From positions 32,001-96,000 of the IMG/VR virus record IMGVR_UViG_3300013006_000023: a stretch of DNA of 64,000 nucleotides. One strand, written 5' to 3'. Position 1 is the first letter of the stretch, and each line of letters opens with the position of its first letter. Position numbers and translations under genes: made by a program. Of the stretch, positions 1 to 7,919 are shown piece by piece. This DNA comes from a virus. The notes under the pieces were generated by a model, which saw only the letters and a program-made list of their open reading frames with translations, made no database searches and was not told where the DNA came from.

Positions 1-105
1 TGCCGGATCTTCATTTGGAGCAGGGGTAGTTGCATCCTGGGGGTTAGGCTCTCCAACAGCTTCAAATACTGACATGTATGCTTCAATTTTTTTACTAAAA
101 CTCAT
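1..105 (-). CDS. Partial late protein (N-terminus only; runs off left edge), probable internal head protein
   Basis: ATG at 105 (-) reads MSFSKKIEAYMSVFEAVGEPNPQDATTPAPNEDPA with no stop before the edge; TATAAATA 5 nt upstream; not in ORF track. Confidence 0.7.
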   Translation of the reverse strand, partial: MSFSKKIEAYMSVFEAVGEPNPQDATTPAPNEDPA

Positions 106-110
106 ATGTT

Positions 111-118
111 TATTTATA
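111..118 (-). promoter_or_regulatory. T4-type late promoter TATAAATA
   Basis: Exact T4 gp55 consensus, 5 nt before ATG at 105. Confidence 0.7.
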
Positions 119-685
119 TTAAACCAACATAAGCTGCTTTGTTTTAAGCTGATTAAAATACTTCTCGCTCAAGAACAACAATTCATTCTGTTTGGCAAAT
201 TTCTGTATTTTATTAAATGTATACTTCTCAAAAGTAATATTATCAACATATGTTTTTAAGTTGCTAACTATCTCAATACCACGGCCATCTCTTGTTTTTA
301 ACAGATGGGCAAGAAATTCAATATTGTAGCTGGCAATAAAAACTCTGATGGGTAATAATTTTTTAATCTTCAACACTATTGCGTTTAATACAAGTAATAG
401 TGCTTTTTCATCGTAATATTTTAAAATTTGACAGCTATCAGGGATATGTGATGACGAGAAGAACAACACTACCTTTTCGCTATACTTCTCCCTGAGCAGC
501 ACCTCACATACACCATGAAACATGTGATGAAAGAAGAGTTTTCTTGCTGTTGCATTCAGCCGATCTGACAGCAAGTTGTATTTATGCAAATCATCAATTA
601 ACTCTGTCTCAATTATATCTTTAAATAAAAAATTTAAATTAAGTACAACAAAATTATAAGGCTTAAATTCTAATAGTTTCTGCAC
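119..685 (-). CDS. Hypothetical protein, possibly a degenerate T4 RNase H / PIN-like 5' nuclease fold
   Basis: 188 aa; order of segments FVVLNLN...RKLFFHHMF...EKVVLFFS...IKKLLPIRVF resembles the T4 RNase H N-terminal half, but acidic catalytic residues are absent. Confidence 0.35.
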   Translation of the reverse strand: MQKLLEFKPYNFVVLNLNFLFKDIIETELIDDLHKYNLLSDRLNATARKLFFHHMFHGVCEVLLREKYSEKVVLFFSSSHIPDSCQILKYYDEKALLLVLNAIVLKIKKLLPIRVFIASYNIEFLAHLLKTRDGRGIEIVSNLKTYVDNITFEKYTFNKIQKFAKQNELLFLSEKYFNQLKTKQLMLV

Positions 686-689
686 TTAC

Positions 690-1121
690 TCAGTATAAAT
701 GTTTATTTTGTTCTATCAAGCTTTTTGGTGGCCGGCCAATTCTTACATTCATTATACCATTATAATATTCATCGCTTAACAATACCCCCCTGTTTATTTG
801 TTCCTTTATTTCAAAATATGCCAACTCCCACTTTGATCCACATATTTTAATTATTTCAAAAGTAAAGCTGTTCTTTCCAAGCTTTATAATGTCTTCATTC
901 AACTCAACTGAGCTGCTTGTATAAGCTCTCCAATCTGTTTCCTTTACTTCAATTCTCTTGTTCCTCTTGCCCTTGAGAGGTTTTCTCTTGTATTTCGTTT
1001 TGCACTGCTTCTTACCTATATACTTTCTGTTATTAGTATTATTTGTAATTTCATATATAAAGCCAAAAGCCTCATCACTTAATATGACATTCTCTCTTAA
1101 AATCCAATGACCTGTATCCAT
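690..1121 (-). CDS. GIY-YIG endonuclease, T4 endonuclease II (DenA)-like
   Basis: FGFIYEITN...KYIGKKQ...ETDWRAYTSSS...FTFEII...YYNG; single domain of 143 aa. Confidence 0.8.
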   Translation of the reverse strand: MDTGHWILRENVILSDEAFGFIYEITNNTNNRKYIGKKQCKTKYKRKPLKGKRNKRIEVKETDWRAYTSSSVELNEDIIKLGKNSFTFEIIKICGSKWELAYFEIKEQINRGVLLSDEYYNGIMNVRIGRPPKSLIEQNKHLY

Positions 1122-1130
1122 AAAGTTATA

Positions 1131-1367
1131 CTATAAACCTGCAAAAGATCTTCTTTTTAATTTTGTTTTTTTCTTTTTCTTGCCAAACGGCCATCTAGAA
1201 TCACCAGGTGCATATGCTAAATCGTTTTGTGAAGGGAATTGATTGCCATGGCTGCCGGCTGGGCCACCAGCACCTGTACCAAATACACCTTCAGCTCCTC
1301 CGGCGACATTCATATCTTCTAATAGTGCTCTATTAAATGCGTCTTCAAAATTTAGTATGGATTTCAT
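1131..1367 (-). CDS. Hypothetical small protein (Gly-rich middle, Lys-rich tail), possible internal head protein
   Basis: 78-aa ORF filling the gap; N-terminus FEDAFNRALLE resembles other minus-strand late proteins. Confidence 0.6.
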   Translation of the reverse strand: MKSILNFEDAFNRALLEDMNVAGGAEGVFGTGAGGPAGSHGNQFPSQNDLAYAPGDSRWPFGKKKKKTKLKRRSFAGL

Positions 1368-1385
1368 AATATAGTATACTATTAT
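1358..1385 (+). promoter_or_regulatory. Sigma70-like early promoter for uvsY
   Basis: TGGATT-N16-TATTAT, 7 nt before ATG 1393. Confidence 0.45.
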
Positions 1386-1392
1386 TTATGTA

Positions 1393-1785
1393 ATGCTACT
1401 TGAAGATTATATCAATGAACTGGAAAGCGACCTTAAAATAGATGAGCTTATTCTCAAAGACTATCAGCTCAAATTACCTGGCATCAAGCATAAGTGGACT
1501 GGAAGATGCATAAGGCACAAGCTACAATTGTTTCAGATTAAGAAAGACAGAGAAACAATTAAAAAGAATCTGGTAGATAAGCTTCAACAGGCAAGCCCAG
1601 TTAAATTGGCTCAACCTGTGGCTGAAAGAACAGTAGAGAAGCATAGTGAGATTCTTGAAATAGACAGTAAAATAAAAGAATTAGACTTAATTGTGGAATT
1701 GCTTGAAAGGTCTGAAAAAACATTCAGTTCGACTTCATATGATATTAAAAACATCATAGATATTATAAAGCTTGAAACTACATGA
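1393..1785 (+). CDS. uvsY: UvsY recombination mediator
   Basis: DLKIDE...LPGIKHKW...SYDIKNIIDIIKLE; 130 aa, directly upstream of UvsW. Confidence 0.8.
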   Translation: MLLEDYINELESDLKIDELILKDYQLKLPGIKHKWTGRCIRHKLQLFQIKKDRETIKKNLVDKLQQASPVKLAQPVAERTVEKHSEILEIDSKIKELDLIVELLERSEKTFSSTSYDIKNIIDIIKLETT

Positions 1786-3251
1786 TTAACTTTCAGTTTG
1801 ATGAAAAGAAAGATGCTGGTATTATTACTTCCACTTTCCTAGATGAAATAAGAGAGGCTTTCTCTGTAAAAAATGATGCTGCGTTTTTCATGCGCAAAAG
1901 ATACGGCAGATTCCTACCTCAACGAACATATGCAATTACCCCTACCGGTAGATTTGACCCCGGTCTATATCTTGAAATAAGAAAATTTTTAACCAAAAAA
2001 CAGTATGTAGGTGAAGTTGTAACTGATGAATTACTCTTGAATATAATTAAGCCCTCGCAAAAATGGAATAATGATCCAAAGTTTAGTCTAAATGTAATAC
2101 CTCTTTCAATACCATTAAGGGATTACCAAGAGGAAATAGTTAAAAAATCTTTAACCTTTGGCAGGGGCACAATAATTCTCGCAACTGCTGGAGGCAAGAC
2201 ATTAACAGCAGCTTCGCTTTTAACTAAACTCTTCTATACATATGGCTCATCATTCAAATGTTTGTATATTGTACCTGATCTAGGATTAGCAGAACAGACA
2301 TCTGATGATTTTAAGAATTATAATGTACCGTTTTTTACTGCCAAATGGACCGGTTCATGTCCTCTGGATGAAAAACAAATGGCCATTTCAAACGTTATAA
2401 TTGCTAATCTTGGTATTCTGCAAAGCAAAAACACTGATCTTACATGGATTAGAGATATTGATGTATTAATAGTAGACGAAGTTCATAAAATAAGAAGAGG
2501 CAACGAAGTCAATAAAGTTATAAAAAATATAAAGACGCCGGTGCGCTTTGGGTTCACCGGAACTATGCCTGAAAATTTACTTGACCAATGGAACATTATT
2601 GGAAAAATTGGACCTGTAATTTATGAGAAAAATAGCTATGAACTTAGATTGGAAAAGTATATTAGCGGGGTAAGCGTGCAGATATTCAAAATTAAATACA
2701 AAGAAGACCCATTTAAGGATCTAGTAATTTCAGCTGTTAACAGGTATAGAGAAGAGCAGAAGTTTTTAATAAGAAATGAATTTAGAAATCATTTACTGAG
2801 TAAAATTTGTTGTAAGTTAAGCAATAATGCTCTTATATTGGTTGATTTAATAGAGCACGGTCAACGACTGCATGATGAGCTCAAAATTATGTGCCCAGAC
2901 AAAAAAATATACTTTATTCGTGGCGATGTGGAGATTGAACAGAGAGAACATGTTAAAAAATTAATGGAAGAGCATATGGATGTTGTAGTGGTGGCTATAT
3001 CAAAAATATTTTCTACTGGCATTAACATTAAAAATCTTCACTACATACTTTTTGCCTGTGGCGGAAAAGCTAAAATAAAGGTTGTCCAATCCATTGGAAG
3101 AGGTCTTCGCTTGCATAAGGATAAAGATAAGCTTATAATCATGGACATTGCGGATGAACTAAAGTACAGTTTAGCCCATATGCAGAAACGAATACAATTA
3201 TATGAAAAAGAAAAAATTAATTACAGCATCAAACAAATTGATGAAATCTAA
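1782..3251 (+). CDS. uvsW: UvsW SF2 DNA helicase
   Basis: LRDYQ, ATAGGKT, DEVH, GFTGT, FSTGINI, QSIGRGLR motifs. Confidence 0.95.
   Translation: MINFQFDEKKDAGIITSTFLDEIREAFSVKNDAAFFMRKRYGRFLPQRTYAITPTGRFDPGLYLEIRKFLTKKQYVGEVVTDELLLNIIKPSQKWNNDPKFSLNVIPLSIPLRDYQEEIVKKSLTFGRGTIILATAGGKTLTAASLLTKLFYTYGSSFKCLYIVPDLGLAEQTSDDFKNYNVPFFTAKWTGSCPLDEKQMAISNVIIANLGILQSKNTDLTWIRDIDVLIVDEVHKIRRGNEVNKVIKNIKTPVRFGFTGTMPENLLDQWNIIGKIGPVIYEKNSYELRLEKYISGVSVQIFKIKYKEDPFKDLVISAVNRYREEQKFLIRNEFRNHLLSKICCKLSNNALILVDLIEHGQRLHDELKIMCPDKKIYFIRGDVEIEQREHVKKLMEEHMDVVVVAISKIFSTGINIKNLHYILFACGGKAKIKVVQSIGRGLRLHKDKDKLIIMDIADELKYSLAHMQKRIQLYEKEKINYSIKQIDEI
3111..3139 (+). promoter_or_regulatory. Sigma70-like promoter inside the uvsW 3' end, probably driving gp55
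   Basis: TTGCAT-N17-TATAAT. Confidence 0.5.
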
Positions 3252-3789
3252 GCCATCGAGCTTGGAGCAGGATCTGGTCTTAGCAAAGACTGCAACTGGT
3301 GCACCAAGCATTACACCTACAGTCACAAAGAAGGTTAAAATTAAGCCCAAGGATAAAGTACACTATGTGAATGGTAAAGAATTTGAAGAAGAGATACGAG
3401 CTTATTACAAGGGTGGTGTTGTGACACAGAAACTTGGAGAAAGTTTAACCAAGATTGCCAATGGTTTGTCGTACGCTCCAAACTTTATTAACTACTCCTA
3501 TAAAGATGATATGATTGGTGATGCCATAGTAAAAATGTTCTCCGCTCTAAAGAACCACAAGTTCAGACTAGATACCGGTTTTAGCCCATTCTCCTACTTC
3601 ACTACCATTGCATTTCATGCTTTCATTAACCGTATTAAAAAAGAGAACAAACACCACGCTGTAATTAATGAATACAAGGAGAAGGTTTATATGGATCATA
3701 TGATTAATCCGGATATTACTGGGGGCGCGCATATCTATGTGGAGCCGTCAAGTAACGACGACAATTATAACACCCAGCATGACAATTAA
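3241..3789 (+). CDS. gp55: Late-transcription sigma factor gp55 (start 3241 or 3202)
   Basis: HYVNGKEF...IANGLSYAPNFINYSYKDDMIGDA...PFSYFTTIAFHAFINRIKKE. Confidence 0.92.
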   Translation: MKSKPSSLEQDLVLAKTATGAPSITPTVTKKVKIKPKDKVHYVNGKEFEEEIRAYYKGGVVTQKLGESLTKIANGLSYAPNFINYSYKDDMIGDAIVKMFSALKNHKFRLDTGFSPFSYFTTIAFHAFINRIKKENKHHAVINEYKEKVYMDHMINPDITGGAHIYVEPSSNDDNYNTQHDN

Positions 3790-4855
3790 AAAGCAGGATA
3801 TACAAACTACAAATAATAAAGTATGCTGTATTGCAGATTTACACATTGGCGTACATCAAAATAATATCTTTTGGCATGAGACTGCGTTAACATGGGCCAA
3901 ATGGTTAAAGAGTCAGCTTGAAGAAGCTGATATTAAAGACATCTTTATTCTAGGTGATCTATATCATTACAGGGATGAAATTGCTGTTAATACTATTCAT
4001 GTTGTTAACCAAATACTAACATTATGGTCTGATTTTAATATTGTTATTTTGGTTGGCAATCATGATGCTTATTACAAAGACAGGTCTGACATAAACTCTC
4101 TGTCCATTCTAAATGGCTGGAAGAATATCCATGTCATCAGTCAACCAGCTGTACACACCCTCTACGGCAAGAGCATATGTTTTGTACCGTGGGGTACAGA
4201 TGTTAATGATATGGAGCCATGTGATATTATGTTTGGACATTTTGAAATTGAAACATTTAAGATGAATAGCCATAAAGCTTGTGATCATGGAGTAAAGTCT
4301 GCAGATCTTCTTTCTAAGGCGAATCTCATCTTCACAGGTCATTTTCATCTAAGAGACGAAAGAACCTACAAAGATAAAACAATTGTTTATGTTGGCAATC
4401 CATTTGAAATGGACTTTGGTGATGCTGGTTCAACCAAAGGTTACTACATACTTGATCTTGCTACCAGTAAATATGAATTTTTTGAAAACAAGCTCTCACC
4501 TAAGCATAAGAAAATATCTATTACAGATTTAACTGCTCATAAATCTCTCAGTGCTACAGAAATAAAAGATGCCGTTAATAACAACATCATCAAGCTTGTC
4601 ATAGATAAAAAAATATCAAGTGATAGTATTGACATACTAATACAGAAGATGTCCGCATTCAAACCTTTTAATTTCTCTGTTGATTACACACTCTACAATG
4701 ACTCTATCACAGTAAATGAAGACCAGGCTTATGACTTATCAGGTGTTGATATGGGCAAAGCTATTGAGGAATTTGTTTCCCTTCTCGACATTGATAGAAA
4801 AAAAGAAGTGTCGCAGCAGTGCCTAGAATTGTACAAGAAAGCCATTAGCACATGA
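3779..4855 (+). CDS. gp47: gp47 Mre11/SbcD-like recombination nuclease (start 3779 preferred over 3737)
   Basis: ADLHIG, LGDLYH, VGNHD, GHFE, TGHFH metallophosphoesterase motifs. Confidence 0.93.
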   Translation: MTIKKQDIQTTNNKVCCIADLHIGVHQNNIFWHETALTWAKWLKSQLEEADIKDIFILGDLYHYRDEIAVNTIHVVNQILTLWSDFNIVILVGNHDAYYKDRSDINSLSILNGWKNIHVISQPAVHTLYGKSICFVPWGTDVNDMEPCDIMFGHFEIETFKMNSHKACDHGVKSADLLSKANLIFTGHFHLRDERTYKDKTIVYVGNPFEMDFGDAGSTKGYYILDLATSKYEFFENKLSPKHKKISITDLTAHKSLSATEIKDAVNNNIIKLVIDKKISSDSIDILIQKMSAFKPFNFSVDYTLYNDSITVNEDQAYDLSGVDMGKAIEEFVSLLDIDRKKEVSQQCLELYKKAIST

Positions 4856-6663
4856 AAACTATTACATTCAATAAAATTAGTATTAAAAATTTCTTATCTG
4901 TTGGAACACAGCCTGTTGTCATTGATTTCAAAAGAGGCCTTCATATTATCACAGGGGTGAATCGTGACAAAGAGGACAGAAGAAATGGTGTGGGTAAATC
5001 AACAATTGCAGATGCTGTTTATTTTTCTGTCTTTGGTGAGACACTTCGTGATCTTAAAAAAGAGAATATCATTAATAACGTTAATAAAAAAACATGCGAA
5101 GTTGTCCTTGATGCATCAATAACAGTTGCAGACAAGAAAGAAGACATACAGATATTTCGAACTCTGGAACCTTCGAAATGCTTTGTATACGTGAACGGGG
5201 AGGATAAGACACGAGATAGTATAGCCAATACAAATGAATACATAATGAATAAGTTCAATTGTACGCCAGAAGTATTTCAGAATTGTGTCATCATGACCAT
5301 CAATAACACAATACCTTTCATGGCAAAAAAGAAGCAAGAAAAAAGAAAATTTATTGAAGACATCTTCAATCTAAGCATTTTCGGTGATATGTTGAATATA
5401 CTCAAAACCGACGTAAGCGACATCAAGAAAGCATATGATATTGAAGTCACAAGGCATGACGAATCACAGAAAACTATTCTCTCTCTTAACAAACAAAAAC
5501 AAGATTCGTCTTCTGAAAGAACCAGAAAAAAAGAAAAATACCTCAACCGTCAAGAGAACAATTCAAAAGAGATAAAGAGCATATCCAAGTCTTTGCAAAC
5601 ATTTGTAATTACAGATGTTGAACTATTAAGAAAAGAGTTAGATGAACAAGAGTTAAATGTTGAGAAAGTGGACAATAAAATTCAAGACTTACGTCATACC
5701 ATATCAGAGAAAAAAACTTTAATTAATCAAGCTTCAAAGAAAATTATCTCTATTGGCACCGATAAAAGTACTTGTCCCACATGTCTTCGTAATATTGAAG
5801 ATGTGGATAGGGATCACATTAAAAATGAAATAAAACTAATTGAAAAAGAAATAAAGCAATATGATTTAAGTATTGAGAAAATCAGTAAAGATGATATACA
5901 GCTTGTAGCTTTACAGGATAAACTTAAAAATAAAATTCAACAAATACGCGATAGCATTAACAATCATAAGCACAAGTTAAAAGAAAAAGAAAATTTCGAA
6001 CAAAGATTACAGCAATTGGAAAAGTGGCAAATTGAATTGGAGCAAGATTTAAAAGATCTTGAGAAAGATGGTGTTGCTTTTGATACACTGATATCTGATC
6101 AAACAAAGAGATTAGAAGATGTTAAAGTTGAAATTGAAAACTATAAAAATAAGCTCAACACACTTGACATAGTTAAATTTGTAGTTTCTGAAGAAGGAGT
6201 AAAGTCATACATAGTAAAGAAAATTCTGCAACTTTTCAATAGCAAGCTTTCATATTATCTCAAGAAAATGGATGCAAATTGCACGTGCACCTTTAATGAA
6301 TATTTTGAAGAAGAGATATTTGATAATAAGGGTAAGCCATGCTCATATTTTAACTTTAGCGGTGCTGAGCGTAAGAACATAGACCTAGCATGCTTGTTTA
6401 CCTTCATTGATATCAGAAGGCTGCAAGGTGATGTATCCTTTAATTTCAATATATATGATGAGCTGTTTGATTCAAGCTTAGACGAGAGAGGTGTTGAACT
6501 TGTTATAGGCATTCTCAAGGAACGTGTGGAGAAATATAAAGAATGTATTATGGTAATAAGTCATAGAAAAGAAAGTATTAAAGCGGCCACGGGCGATATT
6601 ATTTTCTTAGAGAAGACGAATGGAATCACTCGTAGAGTTGATTTCAAAGAGTACAAGTCATAA
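4852..6663 (+). CDS. gp46: gp46 Rad50/SbcC-like ATPase
   Basis: NGVGKST Walker A, CPTC zinc hook, coiled coils, FSGAE signature, YDELFDSSLD, ISH. Confidence 0.95.
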   Translation: MKTITFNKISIKNFLSVGTQPVVIDFKRGLHIITGVNRDKEDRRNGVGKSTIADAVYFSVFGETLRDLKKENIINNVNKKTCEVVLDASITVADKKEDIQIFRTLEPSKCFVYVNGEDKTRDSIANTNEYIMNKFNCTPEVFQNCVIMTINNTIPFMAKKKQEKRKFIEDIFNLSIFGDMLNILKTDVSDIKKAYDIEVTRHDESQKTILSLNKQKQDSSSERTRKKEKYLNRQENNSKEIKSISKSLQTFVITDVELLRKELDEQELNVEKVDNKIQDLRHTISEKKTLINQASKKIISIGTDKSTCPTCLRNIEDVDRDHIKNEIKLIEKEIKQYDLSIEKISKDDIQLVALQDKLKNKIQQIRDSINNHKHKLKEKENFEQRLQQLEKWQIELEQDLKDLEKDGVAFDTLISDQTKRLEDVKVEIENYKNKLNTLDIVKFVVSEEGVKSYIVKKILQLFNSKLSYYLKKMDANCTCTFNEYFEEEIFDNKGKPCSYFNFSGAERKNIDLACLFTFIDIRRLQGDVSFNFNIYDELFDSSLDERGVELVIGILKERVEKYKECIMVISHRKESIKAATGDIIFLEKTNGITRRVDFKEYKS

Positions 6664-6666
6664 ATT
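6638..6666 (+). promoter_or_regulatory. Sigma70-like early promoter
   Basis: TTGATT-N17-TAAATT, 6 nt before ATG 6673. Confidence 0.5.
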
Positions 6667-6672
6667 TCAACA

Positions 6673-7890
6673 ATGTTCACACCTGGCGCACATCCTTTTG
6701 TTTCACCTTTTCCTCAACCGTTCAGCTCCCCTTTTCCTAACCAACAAGAGCCACCAAAGGATATTCTCACAAGACCGCCTGAATTGGATTTGAATCGTTC
6801 ATTGAATTATTATGCGGATTATAGTGGTTGTGGCTTTTGGCGCATGATATGGCCAGAGCACTTATTAAATGCTCACGGAAAAATGTGCATACATGGCAGC
6901 ACTGTGATGTCGTTTGATCAGAATTACTTCAGGGGTGTAAAGTCTGTACGTATTCAGCGACAAGCAACCCCTCACCAGTTAAAATTTATTCACTTCCTCA
7001 AAGACATGAGCAAGCAGTTTGGCTTTAAGATTATCTATGAAATTGATGATTTAGTCTTTAGTGAAGATATTCCTGAATATAATAAGTTTAAGCCTGCATT
7101 CACTGACCCGAATATACGCAAATGTGCCCAAGAGATAATGGAAGCATGCGATGAGATTACAGTAACATGTGATTTCATGAAAGATTATTATCGTAGCAAA
7201 ATTAGCAATCAGAACATTACTGTGATACCAAATTACCCGCCTAAATGGTGGATGGGTAATTTTTATAATGAAAAGCGGATCTCTGAAAATTTCGATGCAT
7301 ATGAAAAAAGACCGCGCATTCTTTATGCAGGATCTGGAGCTCATTTTGATGTTGAAAATAGAGTGAATCAAAATGACGACTTTCATCATGTGTGTGAAAT
7401 GATCGTCAAAACAAGACACAAATACCAATGGGTCTTTCTGGGTGCATTCCCGCTACCCTTACAGCAATTTGTTGCAAACGGTGATTTAGAGTATCATCCA
7501 TGGGCACAACTTTATAATTATGCTGAAAAGATACACAACTTAAAAGTCAACATGATGGTTGCTCCTCTGCAAGACAACACCTTTAACAAGGCAAAAAGCG
7601 ATTTGAAGTACATTGAGGCAAGTTGCTTTGGTCTGCCAGTGGCTTGTCAGGATTTAATTACATATCAAGATGCACCGATCAAATTCAAGACTGGGGAAGA
7701 GATGATCAACTGCATTGAAGATACCTTGGCAAAGAAGGGCAAATACATGAATCAATGTGCAAAATATAGAAAAGTTGCTGAATCGAGATTCCTAGAGAAT
7801 GATGACAATATTAACAAATATGTTGAGCTCTATACATATCCCTATGGCTCCAAAGAGCGAAAATTGATTAACGCCATTAATGGCTTGTAA
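6673..7890 (+). CDS. GT-B fold (GT4-like) glycosyltransferase
   Basis: SGCGFWRMIWP, YEIDDL, DEITVT, VIPNY, ILYAGS, APLQDNTFNKAKSDLKYIEA. Confidence 0.8.
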   Translation: MFTPGAHPFVSPFPQPFSSPFPNQQEPPKDILTRPPELDLNRSLNYYADYSGCGFWRMIWPEHLLNAHGKMCIHGSTVMSFDQNYFRGVKSVRIQRQATPHQLKFIHFLKDMSKQFGFKIIYEIDDLVFSEDIPEYNKFKPAFTDPNIRKCAQEIMEACDEITVTCDFMKDYYRSKISNQNITVIPNYPPKWWMGNFYNEKRISENFDAYEKRPRILYAGSGAHFDVENRVNQNDDFHHVCEMIVKTRHKYQWVFLGAFPLPLQQFVANGDLEYHPWAQLYNYAEKIHNLKVNMMVAPLQDNTFNKAKSDLKYIEASCFGLPVACQDLITYQDAPIKFKTGEEMINCIEDTLAKKGKYMNQCAKYRKVAESRFLENDDNINKYVELYTYPYGSKERKLINAINGL

Positions 7891-7912
7891 TTGTTGAGTT
7901 TTAAAGTATAAT
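7885..7912 (+). promoter_or_regulatory. Sigma70-like early promoter for DNA polymerase
   Basis: TTGTAA-N16-TATAAT, 7 nt before ATG 7920. Confidence 0.6.
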
Positions 7913-7919
7913 TCATAGT

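Noticed and set aside
690-1121. Mobile homing endonuclease
   Set aside because: Single short domain with EndoII-like features and no NUMOD/HTH tail
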